Part shown: positions 30,408-40,087 of the stretch, piece after piece
How the letters are laid out: the number at the start of each line of letters is the position of its first letter
Numbering within the stretch: position 1 is the first letter of the stretch
Origin: an uncultured Patescibacteria group bacterium
GTDB taxonomy: Bacteria > Patescibacteriota > Microgenomatia > UBA10105 > UBA927
Assembly (NCBI GenBank): GCA_937921305.1
Contig: CAKZSU010000004.1
Coordinates: 22,316-86,315, forward strand
DNA: 64,000 nucleotides
Direction: 5' to 3'
The notes under the pieces: generated by a model
What the model saw: only the letters and a program-made list of their open reading frames with translations
The model's database searches: none
Told to the model about the DNA's origin: nothing
Made by a program: the position numbers and the translations under genes

Positions 30408-31421
30408 ATGCCAGCAATTGTTCGATCAGAATTCGCGTTAGCCCTTCATCAGGTTGCTACAGAACGTGGTATCGATGTCAACGTGGTGCTAGAAACGATT
30501 AAAGCCGCGATATTGGCCGCGTATCGAAAAGATTATGGCGCTGATGAATTGGAGCAGATGACCGTTGAGATTAACTCTGATACCGGAGAAGCGAAAATTC
30601 TTAAACGAGGAGAAGACATTACTCCTCCAGGGTTTGGTCGCATCGCGGCACAAACAGCAAAGCAGGTGATTCTTCAACGTATACGAGAGGCAGAAAAATC
30701 TGCGGTAATCAGCGACTTTCAAGCAAAAGTTGGCTCCATTGTTCCCGGGATGGTGCTTCGGTTTGATGGACCAAGTGTGATTGTTGATATTGGCAAAGCG
30801 CAAGCGGTGATGCCTCCAAGCGAACAAAGTCATGGAGAGCGATATCATCTGAATCAGCGATTAACATTTTATATTGAGGGTATTCGGGAATCGGCAAAAG
30901 GATCGGAAATTATTGTTTCCCGAGCTCATAAAGGATTGGTTGAAGGATTGTTCCGAAGAGAAGTGCCGGAAGTCGCCCAAGGAGCGGTTGGAATTCGTTC
31001 TATTGTAAGAGAGTCGGGATCAAGAACAAAAATCGCGGTGTATTCAAGTCAATCCGGCGTTGATCCGGTTGGATCGTGCGTTGGGCAAAAAGGCGTTCGT
31101 GTGCAAGCGGTGATTAACGAATTAGGGGGAAGTGAAAAAGTCGATATTATCCAGTGGAGTGACGATCCAAAACAGTACATTATTGCCGCGTTGGCTCCAG
31201 CAAAGGATATGCTCGTCATGCTTCACGAAGACATACAGAGCGCGACAGTATATGTGCCTGAAGATCAATTGTCGCTTGCTATTGGAAAAGATGGTCAAAA
31301 TGTTCGCCTTGCAGCGAAACTTACAGATTGGAAAATCGATATTCGGAATAAAGCAGAATTACAACAAGGAAAAAAAGAAGAACATCATGAAACGCCCAGT
31401 GAAGACATGCAAGGGGCATGA
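30408..31421 (+). CDS. nusA: Transcription termination factor NusA
   Basis: FGRIAAQTAKQV, S1 and KH domains, SLAIGKDGQNVRLAAKLT. Confidence 0.96.
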   Translation: MPAIVRSEFALALHQVATERGIDVNVVLETIKAAILAAYRKDYGADELEQMTVEINSDTGEAKILKRGEDITPPGFGRIAAQTAKQVILQRIREAEKSAVISDFQAKVGSIVPGMVLRFDGPSVIVDIGKAQAVMPPSEQSHGERYHLNQRLTFYIEGIRESAKGSEIIVSRAHKGLVEGLFRREVPEVAQGAVGIRSIVRESGSRTKIAVYSSQSGVDPVGSCVGQKGVRVQAVINELGGSEKVDIIQWSDDPKQYIIAALAPAKDMLVMLHEDIQSATVYVPEDQLSLAIGKDGQNVRLAAKLTDWKIDIRNKAELQQGKKEEHHETPSEDMQGA

Positions 31422-31456
31422 TATGACGCGTTGTCAAGGGTATTACGCATATTGGT

Positions 31457-32926
31457 ATGAACAACGAAACACACCATTACATTCGTCCTCCTGTTGTTGC
31501 TGTATTAGGTCATGTCGATCATGGCAAAACCTCGCTTCTTGATTATATTCGGAAATCTTCTGTTGCGGCGAAAGAGTATGGCGGAATTACTCAGCATATT
31601 GGCGCGTATCAAGTTGAAACTGTCAGTGATTCTACTTCTGGCATTGAAAAAATAACATTTATTGACACACCCGGTCATGAAGCGTTCGCGAAAATGCGCT
31701 CTCGAGGCGCGAGCGTGGCGGATATCGCGATTCTTGTCGTTGCCGCGGATGATAGCGTGAAACCGCAAACGATTGAATCGATCAAGCAAATTAAGCAAGC
31801 AAACATCCCATGTGTCGTCGCGATTAATAAGATTGATTTAGAAACGGCGAATAGTCAAAAAGTGAAGCAAGACCTGGCGAGGTATGGCGTTCAAGTGGAA
31901 GGATTCGGCGGAGACGTTCCCGTAGTTGAAATGTCTGCGAAGACAGGAAAAGGTGTTTCTGAGCTGTTATCGCTTATAGAATTGTTGTGGGGGATTCGCG
32001 GTGGGGACCCAGTGGTTCTTGACGGATTTGAAGGAAATGTCATAGAAACAAAAGTTGATAAAGGCAAAGGCATGATCGCCACTATTATCGTAAAAAAGGG
32101 GCTTTTGCGATATGGCGTACCGTTATATGAGGACGATCGCTTGGTTGGAAGAGTCCGTTCGCTTCATGATGAATGGGGAAAACAAGTAAAAGACGCCGAT
32201 CCAGGAAAGCCTGTGCAGGTTTCAGGATTTTCCGAACTTCCTACTGTCGGAAGTGTTTTGCGAGATGTCCCGAGTGCGTCAAAGAAAACAATTGTTTCCT
32301 CTGAACAACCAAAACAAACAATTCCAGAATTTTTGAAACCGATTGATGAAGTCCAAAAAAGATTGCCAGTGCTTATCAAAGCGGACACCGCGGGATCGTT
32401 GGAAGCGATTAAAGCCTCTCTTCCAGAGGCAATCGATATTGTGTCAAGTGGACTAGGAGATATCACAGAAGCGGATGTGCTTACAGCAAAAGCGGCAGGG
32501 GCGTTTATTGTGGGGTTTAATGTAAAAATCCTCTCTTCTTCCGTAAAGCTTGCGCAAATAGAAAAGGTAGTGTGTCGAACCTATACGATTATTTATGAAC
32601 TTCTTGATGAATTGGCGGATGTTGTGGCGGGAATGAAGGAAATTACATCAGGAGAGCGAGAAGCGGGAAAGGCAACAATCTTAGCCGAGTTTCCTTTCCG
32701 TGATCAACGCGTTGCTGGGGTGAGAGTTGTTTCAGGAAGATTAGCGAAAGGCGACAAAGTTAAATTCATTCGGAATGATCATGAAATTGGTAGGGCAAAA
32801 ATTCTTTCTATCCGTCAAGGAAAAATTGATGTGAATAAAGTGGAAGAAGGTGACGAGTGTGGCGTGTTGTTTGATATATTGCTTGATTTCCGTATTCAGG
32901 ATGATATAATTGCCGTCGTTACATAG
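31457..32926 (+). CDS. infB: Translation initiation factor IF-2 (no N-terminal domain)
   Basis: RPPVV..GHVDHGKT, GGITQHIGA and DTPGHEAF. Confidence 0.96.
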   Translation: MNNETHHYIRPPVVAVLGHVDHGKTSLLDYIRKSSVAAKEYGGITQHIGAYQVETVSDSTSGIEKITFIDTPGHEAFAKMRSRGASVADIAILVVAADDSVKPQTIESIKQIKQANIPCVVAINKIDLETANSQKVKQDLARYGVQVEGFGGDVPVVEMSAKTGKGVSELLSLIELLWGIRGGDPVVLDGFEGNVIETKVDKGKGMIATIIVKKGLLRYGVPLYEDDRLVGRVRSLHDEWGKQVKDADPGKPVQVSGFSELPTVGSVLRDVPSASKKTIVSSEQPKQTIPEFLKPIDEVQKRLPVLIKADTAGSLEAIKASLPEAIDIVSSGLGDITEADVLTAKAAGAFIVGFNVKILSSSVKLAQIEKVVCRTYTIIYELLDELADVVAGMKEITSGEREAGKATILAEFPFRDQRVAGVRVVSGRLAKGDKVKFIRNDHEIGRAKILSIRQGKIDVNKVEEGDECGVLFDILLDFRIQDDIIAVVT

Positions 32927-32953
32927 CCTATATAAAGAATAATAAAGTATGCT

Positions 32954-33895
32954 ATGACATTTCAAGACGATTTTCAACAAACACAACAAATTATTCAACA
33001 AGCAAAAGACATTCTCATCGTGACGCATGAACGACCAAACGCAGACGCCATTGGTTCCTCTCTCGCATTATATCTTGGATTGAAAGGTATCGGAAAAAAT
33101 GTAATCATCGCATGTCCAGACCCAATGATCGTTGAATTTTCTCGGTTTATCGGAGTCAATAAAATCGTCCAAAAGATCGGAAAAAGAAATTTTGTTATCT
33201 CTCTTGATTATGTTGAAGGGTCTATTGAAAAAGTGAGCTACAACATCGAAGGAAATAAATTTAACCTTGTTATTGAACCTCGCGAGGGATTTGATACATT
33301 CTCTGAGGAAAAAGTGAGTTTTCATCACGCGGGGACCCCAGCGGATGTCATTGTCGCCGTAGATACGATTCATCTGGGAGGATTAAAAGATCTTTACGAA
33401 AAAGAAAAAGAATTGTTTGCAAGCAAACCGCTTATTAATATTGATAGACATTCAAATAATATGCGATTTGGAACGATAAATATCGTCCATCCGCAAGCAT
33501 CGTCAACGGCGGAACTTGTGTATGCAATGCTTGACGTGTTGCAAATCAATATTACTCAAGATATCGCGACCAATCTGTTAAACGCGGTGTATGAAGCGAC
33601 GCGATCGTTTACGGTGAACAATCTTTCTCCTGAATCCTTTGAATTGGCCGCCGCGGCTGTTCGCGCCGGTGGGAGGCGGTTTCCCACACAGCAAAAGAAA
33701 GAACAGATAAGCGAGGAACTGCCGAAAGAAGAAACTGCCGTGACAATTCCTCCTGAGTATGGGGGAGTGCCGATGCATTATGTTAGCCATTCGATAGAGC
33801 AGAAGAACGATGATCATCAACAGCAGAATCAACCGCAAGAAGCGCCGGTAGACTGGCTGCGTCCAAAAATTTTTAAGAGCTCCAATCTTGGGTAA
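32954..33895 (+). CDS. DHH-family phosphoesterase, divergent (NrnA-like)
   Basis: HERPNADAIGS, VDT, INIDRH and ASSTAE motifs. Confidence 0.7.
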   Translation: MTFQDDFQQTQQIIQQAKDILIVTHERPNADAIGSSLALYLGLKGIGKNVIIACPDPMIVEFSRFIGVNKIVQKIGKRNFVISLDYVEGSIEKVSYNIEGNKFNLVIEPREGFDTFSEEKVSFHHAGTPADVIVAVDTIHLGGLKDLYEKEKELFASKPLINIDRHSNNMRFGTINIVHPQASSTAELVYAMLDVLQINITQDIATNLLNAVYEATRSFTVNNLSPESFELAAAAVRAGGRRFPTQQKKEQISEELPKEETAVTIPPEYGGVPMHYVSHSIEQKNDDHQQQNQPQEAPVDWLRPKIFKSSNLG

Positions 33896-33941
33896 TTGTC
33901 AGAACGCGCTAGATCATGTAAAATAAGAAACACTTTATATT

Positions 33942-34265
33942 ATGGCAAAAAAAGTAGCAGAGAAGAAGACAAAAAAGCAAAAAAGTGAGGAGCCTCTTCC
34001 AACTCCTAGCCCAGAAAAGCAAGCGATTATTGAAAAATTTGCTGTAAAAGCAGGAGACACGGGAAGTCCTGAGGTGCAAGTGGCACTTCTTACGCAACGA
34101 ATTGAAAAATTGATCGCGCATCTGAAAGCGAACCCGTCTGACAATCACTCGCGCCGAGGATTGTTGGGTATTGTCAGCAAGCGACGACGATTGCTGAACT
34201 ATCTTCAATCAAAAGATGAAGGAAGATATCAAGAGTTAATTCAGAAAATAGGATTGCGGAAATAA
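33942..34265 (+). CDS. rpsO: 30S ribosomal protein S15
   Basis: [21 protein letters not shown] and RRRLLNYL. Confidence 0.97.
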   Translation: MAKKVAEKKTKKQKSEEPLPTPSPEKQAIIEKFAVKAGDTGSPEVQVALLTQRIEKLIAHLKANPSDNHSRRGLLGIVSKRRRLLNYLQSKDEGRYQELIQKIGLRK

Positions 34266-34281
34266 TGTTGAATAAAGGAGG

Positions 34282-34369
34282 CAAGAATCGAGAGGATGCA
34301 TTGAAGTTGGATGTGTGATGATAGTCTTCTATCTTCCATCATCTACCTTCAATGATTCTCTCCTTCTTG
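34282..34369 (+). promoter_or_regulatory. Long imperfect hairpin in the pnp leader (candidate RNase III site)
   Basis: Nested complementary blocks CAAGAA/TTCTTG, GAGAGGAT/ATTCTCTC, CATTGAAG/CTTCAATG and GATAG/CTATC. Confidence 0.6.
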
Positions 34370-34378
34370 AAACACTTC

Positions 34379-36556
34379 ATGCATACTGTATCCAAATCAA
34401 CAGACGTAGGCGGAAAAACCTTAACCATTGAAGTGGGGAGATTTGCGGAGCAAGCGAGCGCCGCTGTTACCGCTCGATATGGCGACACAATGGTTCTTTC
34501 CACCGTTACCGTTTCTTCGAAGGAATCGTCCCTTGATTATTTTCCATTAAGTGTTGAGTATATCGAACGGTTATATGCAGGAGGAAGAATCAAAGGGTCT
34601 CGATGGGTAAAGCGAGAAGGAAGACCGTCCGACGACGCGATTTTAGCCGGAAGAATTATCGATCGGTCCATTCGTCCACTATTCCCAAAATCGTTCAAGC
34701 GAGATGTGCAAGTGATTGTCACGGTGCTTTCTGTTGACGGAGAGCACGACCCAGACATTTTGGGATTGATTGCGACAAGCGCCGCGCTTGCAATTTCTCC
34801 CATTCCATGGAATGGTCCTATTGGTGGCGTTCGCATGGGGTATATTCAAGGAAAAGATGACGAACCGGATTCGTATCTTATCAACCCGACGATTGCCGAA
34901 CAAGGCTTATCGGAGTTTGATTTTGTTATCGCATCGAATAGAGAAAAAGTTGTTATGCTTGAGGGCGGATTTTGTGAAACGCTTGAATCTATCGTGTTTG
35001 GCGCGATTGCCGCCGCAAAAGAAGAGAATAGAAAGATTATTCAACTTATCGAAGAACTTCGCGAAGAGGTTGGGAAGGAAAAACTTCCTGTGCCTCAGGA
35101 AGCGGCATTGGATGAATTGCTTCAAAAAATTCAAGCAGATTACGCAAAAGACATGGAAGATGTGTTTGCGAGAAACGCGCAAAAAGAATCCGCTGGGGAT
35201 GAAGTTGCTGAACTAGCAAAAACGATTGCAGAAGCCTATGGCAACGTATGGAGCGTAAAAGATGTCGAAACAGCGTTGGACAAGCTTTTTAAGAAGAAGG
35301 TTCGAAAAGACGCAATTGAACACGGAAAGCGCGTCGATGGTCGAGCGATTGATGAAATTCGTCCGATTGAGATAGAAGTTGGCGTTCTTCCAAGAACGCA
35401 TGGAAGTGCCATGTTTAAGCGAGGGCAGACGCAAGCGCTCACCGTCGCAACGCTTGGCGCTCCTTCTCTTGAGCAGTTGATTGAAAGTCCGATGGGAGAA
35501 GAGTCAAAGCGATACATGCATCATTACAGCATGCCTCCGTATTCTGTTGGCGAAACAGGAAAAATTGGAACGCCGTCTCGAAGAGAAATTGGACATGGCG
35601 CACTTGCGGAACGTGCATTGTTAGCGGTTGTTCCATTGCAAGAAGAATTTCCATACACGCTTCGTCTTGTGTCTGAAATTACGTCAAGCAATGGATCGAC
35701 GTCTATGGCGTCAACCTGCGGGTCAACGCTTGCGCTCATGGATGCCGGCGTTCCTATTAAAGAACCTGTCGCCGGAATTTCCATTGGGCTTATGACAGAG
35801 GGAGAACGATATGTGTTGTTGACAGATATTATGGGTATTGAAGATTTTGCTGGCGACATGGATTTTAAGGTCGCCGGGACAAGACATGGCATCACCGCGA
35901 TTCAGCTTGATGTTAAAATCGACGGATTAACCGATGAGATTATTCAGCAAACATTTGAGAGGGCTCGTCAAGCGAGGCTTCACATTTTGGAAAAAATGCT
36001 TGCGGTCATTCCTGAGCCCCGAAAGAATCTCTCTCGATACGCACCAAAAGTTCAAATTATTAAAGTTCCGATTGATCGCATTGGCGATGTCATCGGTTCC
36101 GGTGGAAGAATGATTCGTATGATTCAGGGGTCGACGGGTGTTGTGCTTGATGTTGACGATGAGGGAACGGTAACAATCTCAGGGGCTGATCAAGAGTCAG
36201 TGGAAAAAGCGGTAAAATGGGTTGAAGGATTGACGCGCGATGTTCAGGAAGGAGAAGAATTTGAAGGAGAAGTAAAGCGAATCCTGCCGTTTGGCGCGTT
36301 TGTTGAGATTTTCCCTGGAAAAGAAGGGATGGTGCATGTTTCTCAAATGTCGACTGGGTATGTGAATAATCCTGAGGAAATTGTTAAAGTCGGGCAACGG
36401 GTGAAAGTCCGCGTTGTGAGCGTGGACGAGCAGCATCGGATTAACCTCTCTATGCTTCCTGTGGGGCAAGGAGGAAAATCAGCGCTCTCTGAAAAACGAT
36501 TTAACGGTGGTGTATCGGGAAGACGGCATGCATTCTCCGGACAGAAACGACGATAA
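34379..36556 (+). CDS. pnp: Polyribonucleotide nucleotidyltransferase (PNPase)
   Basis: RIIDRSIRPLF, RREIGHG, SNGSTSMAS and GDMDFK; KH and S1 domains. Confidence 0.97.
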   Translation: MHTVSKSTDVGGKTLTIEVGRFAEQASAAVTARYGDTMVLSTVTVSSKESSLDYFPLSVEYIERLYAGGRIKGSRWVKREGRPSDDAILAGRIIDRSIRPLFPKSFKRDVQVIVTVLSVDGEHDPDILGLIATSAALAISPIPWNGPIGGVRMGYIQGKDDEPDSYLINPTIAEQGLSEFDFVIASNREKVVMLEGGFCETLESIVFGAIAAAKEENRKIIQLIEELREEVGKEKLPVPQEAALDELLQKIQADYAKDMEDVFARNAQKESAGDEVAELAKTIAEAYGNVWSVKDVETALDKLFKKKVRKDAIEHGKRVDGRAIDEIRPIEIEVGVLPRTHGSAMFKRGQTQALTVATLGAPSLEQLIESPMGEESKRYMHHYSMPPYSVGETGKIGTPSRREIGHGALAERALLAVVPLQEEFPYTLRLVSEITSSNGSTSMASTCGSTLALMDAGVPIKEPVAGISIGLMTEGERYVLLTDIMGIEDFAGDMDFKVAGTRHGITAIQLDVKIDGLTDEIIQQTFERARQARLHILEKMLAVIPEPRKNLSRYAPKVQIIKVPIDRIGDVIGSGGRMIRMIQGSTGVVLDVDDEGTVTISGADQESVEKAVKWVEGLTRDVQEGEEFEGEVKRILPFGAFVEIFPGKEGMVHVSQMSTGYVNNPEEIVKVGQRVKVRVVSVDEQHRINLSMLPVGQGGKSALSEKRFNGGVSGRRHAFSGQKRR

Positions 36557-36610
36557 GTTGTTTTTTATTTCTTTTCTACCACATCTCATTCGTGATAGGA
36601 TGAAAGAGCT

Positions 36611-37708
36611 ATGTCTCGATTGTTGGAACAAGTATCTGCTTATAGAGTGAATGTTGAAACCGCGCATCTTCCTCCCGATCTTGAAGTGCGCGTCATGAGT
36701 CAATTAGAGGAAGCGGAGCGACTTGAGCATGACATTACCGCGCGTGTTCACATAGAGCAAATGCTTCGATACATCGATTGGGTTGTTAATCTTCCGTGGA
36801 ATAAACGAACAGAAGATGTTCTGGATTTAGACAAAGCAAAAGTAATTTTTGAAAAACATCATTACGGTCTTCAACCAGTGAAAGATCGGATTCTCGAATA
36901 TCTTGCGGTGTTGAAGTTAAATCTTGATCGGTGGAGATCGATGGAACAAGCAGGATCTCTTCCTACTGACGCAACGACATCGCACGCAATACTTGCTCGC
37001 CGCGCGCCGATTCTCTGCCTTGTTGGTCTTGTCGGCACAGGAAAAACAACATTGGCAAAATCGATTGCCGAAGCCATGGGAAGAAAATTTATCCGTATTC
37101 CGTTTGGCGGGATGAGCGACGCGTTGGAGCTTCGAGGGCAGTCTCGCGTTCTGCCGGACGCTGAAATTGGATTAATCATGAAGGGGCTTCGACAAGCCGG
37201 AAGCAAGAATCCCGTTATTCTTCTTGATGAAATTGATCGCGTCGCGGAGCACGCGAGAGGGGATATTATGGGCGTGTTGGTTGAATTGCTTGATCCAGAG
37301 CAAAATTCTGCATTTACTGATCACTTTGTCGATTATCCGTTTAATTTGTCTGAAGTGTTATTTGTGGCGACAGCCAATAACACCGCTCATATTGCGACCG
37401 CGGTGCTTGATCGACTTGAGCCAATTCAAATGCCGTCATACACCGATGAGGAAAAGATAACCATCGCCAAGCGGTATGTGTTACCGCAACTTATGAAAGA
37501 ATCGGGACTTTCTGAGGAAAATCTTTCGATTGATGACGCGATCTGGCCAAAGCTTGTTCGTCCATTGGGATACGACGCGGGGATTAGGAGTCTTGAACGA
37601 ACGATGAACACATTGTGCAGAAAGGTTGCGAGAAAGATTGTGGAAGGTCAAGGAGCGCATTTTCACATTACCGCTGACAATATCAAAGAGTTTATTGAGA
37701 TATATTAA
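36611..37708 (+). CDS. Lon-like AAA+ ATPase lacking the N-terminal and protease domains
   Basis: LPW, HYGLQPVKDRILEYL, Walker A GLVGTGKT, Walker B LLDEID, LLDPEQN and G.RSLER; ends right after the AAA lid. Confidence 0.85.
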   Translation: MSRLLEQVSAYRVNVETAHLPPDLEVRVMSQLEEAERLEHDITARVHIEQMLRYIDWVVNLPWNKRTEDVLDLDKAKVIFEKHHYGLQPVKDRILEYLAVLKLNLDRWRSMEQAGSLPTDATTSHAILARRAPILCLVGLVGTGKTTLAKSIAEAMGRKFIRIPFGGMSDALELRGQSRVLPDAEIGLIMKGLRQAGSKNPVILLDEIDRVAEHARGDIMGVLVELLDPEQNSAFTDHFVDYPFNLSEVLFVATANNTAHIATAVLDRLEPIQMPSYTDEEKITIAKRYVLPQLMKESGLSEENLSIDDAIWPKLVRPLGYDAGIRSLERTMNTLCRKVARKIVEGQGAHFHITADNIKEFIEIY

Positions 37709-37713
37709 GTTCA

Positions 37714-39465
37714 ATGTTTAAAGCAAATATTCAAAAAAAACTATCTTCTTTTTTGCAACACGCTTCTCAGGAGCAACATATCATGTCAACGGGGAAAGAT
37801 AGTGTTCGTCTTTTTCCTCTTGGCGGAGTTGGAAATGTCACGAAAAACATGTTTTGTTATGAGTATCGAATTGATGGAAAACTTCAAGACATTCTTCTTG
37901 TTGACTGTGGAATAGGATTTCCCGATCCGCAGATGTACGGCGTTGATATCGTGATTCCGGATGTCTCGTATCTTCTTGACAAAACACGCTACATACGCGG
38001 ATTAGTGTTTACGCATGGACACGATGATCATATTGGCGCTCTTCCGTATATGTATCTAAAGCTAGGATCGATTCCTATGTATGGAACAAATCTGACCGCG
38101 GCGTTTGCGAATATTAAGCTTCGCGAGCGAAATATTCCTCATCGAGTAAAAGCAGTGTCATTTGATGACACCCTTACTTTGGGAGTTTTCCGCGTGTCAT
38201 TTGTTCTCGTGACGCATTCTGTTCCCGACACGTCAAATCTTATTATTCGAACACCGATCGGCGTCTTTTATCACGGAAGCGATTATAAATTTGATTTTCA
38301 ACCGTTGGATGGCAAATTGTCTGAATTGGACAAAATCAACGCGGTTGGCAAGGAGGGCGTTCTTTGTTTGCTGACCGATTGTCTTGGAAGCGAACGACGA
38401 GGATTCACAATGTCAGAGCAGGTTGTTGGAGAAACATTAGACAAAGAATTGTCGATGTGTCAGGGAAAATTTTTCTTCACCACGCAATCTAGCAATATCT
38501 CTCGGATTCAATTGGCAATCGATTTAGCAATCAAACATCATCGATATGTCACGTTTGTCGGGCGAAGTATTGATCAAAATATTGAAGAAGCAGTAAAGCT
38601 TGGCGTTATGAAATTACGCCATGAATATGTTGTTCGTGATAGAGACGTGAAACGTCTTCCTCCGGAAAAACAATGTTTCATTGTCGCGGGAAGTCAGGCG
38701 CAACCAGACAGCGCGTTGTCTCGAATCGCAAATGACGATCATCCATTGATTGCGGTGGAAGAAGGCGATACGGTAGTATTTTCCGCCGATCCAATTCCTG
38801 GGAACGAATACAATATCGAACAGCTGATCGAACAGTTGTATCGAAAGGGCGCGCGTGTTTCCTATTCGAGCATTATGGAAGATTTGCATGTGTCTGGGCA
38901 TGGCAGTCAGGGAGATCTCATGCTTCTTTTATCCGCATTAGGACCTCGCTATGTTCTTCCCATTGGTGGAAATTATCGGCACATGATGCAGTATCGCCGA
39001 CTTGCGGAAGATGTAGGGTACAGGAAGCGCGATGTGTTAATTCCAGAAGAGGGGCAGGTTATTGAGTTTATTAAAGGAGAATATCCGAAGATTGTTGAAA
39101 CGGTTGATTTAGAGGAAGTTATGGTGGATGGCTTGGGCGTTGGAGATGTAGGAACGGTGGTATTGCGGGATAGGCAACAGATTGCTACGGAAGGCATTGT
39201 TGTGATTATCGTTCCGGTGGAGGCATCGTCGGGGAGAGTTTCGTCTGAACCGGACATCATTTCTCGAGGATTTGTGTACACAAAAGAATCGGGAGAGCTT
39301 ATCCGAAAGATAAGACAAACAGTGAATAAATCGCTGAAGGTCAAACAAGGGAAAATCACGGATTGGCAATTCGTCAAAAAACGAATAAGCGAAGAAGTCG
39401 CCACGCTGATTGAAAAAGAAACAAAGCGATATCCGCTTATTGTTCCTGTTGTTGTTGAAGTATGA
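37714..39465 (+). CDS. rnj: Ribonuclease J
   Basis: PLGG, THGHDDHIGA, HSVPD, PIPGNE and HVSGH. Confidence 0.94.
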   Translation: MFKANIQKKLSSFLQHASQEQHIMSTGKDSVRLFPLGGVGNVTKNMFCYEYRIDGKLQDILLVDCGIGFPDPQMYGVDIVIPDVSYLLDKTRYIRGLVFTHGHDDHIGALPYMYLKLGSIPMYGTNLTAAFANIKLRERNIPHRVKAVSFDDTLTLGVFRVSFVLVTHSVPDTSNLIIRTPIGVFYHGSDYKFDFQPLDGKLSELDKINAVGKEGVLCLLTDCLGSERRGFTMSEQVVGETLDKELSMCQGKFFFTTQSSNISRIQLAIDLAIKHHRYVTFVGRSIDQNIEEAVKLGVMKLRHEYVVRDRDVKRLPPEKQCFIVAGSQAQPDSALSRIANDDHPLIAVEEGDTVVFSADPIPGNEYNIEQLIEQLYRKGARVSYSSIMEDLHVSGHGSQGDLMLLLSALGPRYVLPIGGNYRHMMQYRRLAEDVGYRKRDVLIPEEGQVIEFIKGEYPKIVETVDLEEVMVDGLGVGDVGTVVLRDRQQIATEGIVVIIVPVEASSGRVSSEPDIISRGFVYTKESGELIRKIRQTVNKSLKVKQGKITDWQFVKKRISEEVATLIEKETKRYPLIVPVVVEV

Positions 39466-39809
39466 AAATGATTCTCGTAAAAGATTCTATATCTATTCAT
39501 GAAGTCATTCGATTAGCAGAGGAGTCTTACGGAGATATGGTAAAAGGTGTTGTTGATATTTGCGATGAAATCATTGTTCTTGGTGGAGAATATCATGCGG
39601 ATGGGGAAGCGACATTGTTAACTATTGGATCGAGACAAGAAAATATTTGGGGTTTCAATCTTTATCCCCGTGTTTCGCGCGATCATTGGATTGAATACAC
39701 ATCGCTGATCAATATTCGTCCAAAGCAAAGAAATTCATCGTATGAAATTCGTGATATTCGTATACGAAATCGTATCAATGAGATTATATTTCAAAAAATT
39801 ATAGTATGA
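39462..39809 (+). CDS. DUF5674-like protein
   Basis: MVKGVVD, HADGE, GS.QENIWGFN and SLINIRP motifs. Confidence 0.7.
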   Translation: MKMILVKDSISIHEVIRLAEESYGDMVKGVVDICDEIIVLGGEYHADGEATLLTIGSRQENIWGFNLYPRVSRDHWIEYTSLINIRPKQRNSSYEIRDIRIRNRINEIIFQKIIV

Positions 39810-40087
39810 GCATCACGAGATTTCCGTTAGCGTTGCAATGGGGTCATGTTGGAAGCGAATTGGTTCGTGCTAATCAACGATATAAGAAAGGAGACATGAG
39901 AGGATACGAATCAAGCATGCTTCGGGTATTGGATATGCTTCATGATATGATTAACGATCATCAAGAAAAGAGAAGATTGGTGAAGGAGTGTTGTTTATTT
40001 CGTGAATTTCTTCTTGAATCTTTTTATCAAAAATCGTTTGTTCCAGAAACGCTTGTTCGATATTGCCAATCGTTTCTTCGAAGTTAA
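39806..40087 (+). CDS. Small helical hypothetical protein coupled to the DUF5674-like gene
   Basis: ATGA overlap; QWGHVGSELVRA and E...FRE motifs. Confidence 0.6.
   Translation: MSITRFPLALQWGHVGSELVRANQRYKKGDMRGYESSMLRVLDMLHDMINDHQEKRRLVKECCLFREFLLESFYQKSFVPETLVRYCQSFLRS

Noticed and set aside
36611-37708. Lon pseudogene
   Set aside because: Uninterrupted ORF with intact ATPase motifs and no downstream protease remnant; kept as a finding instead.
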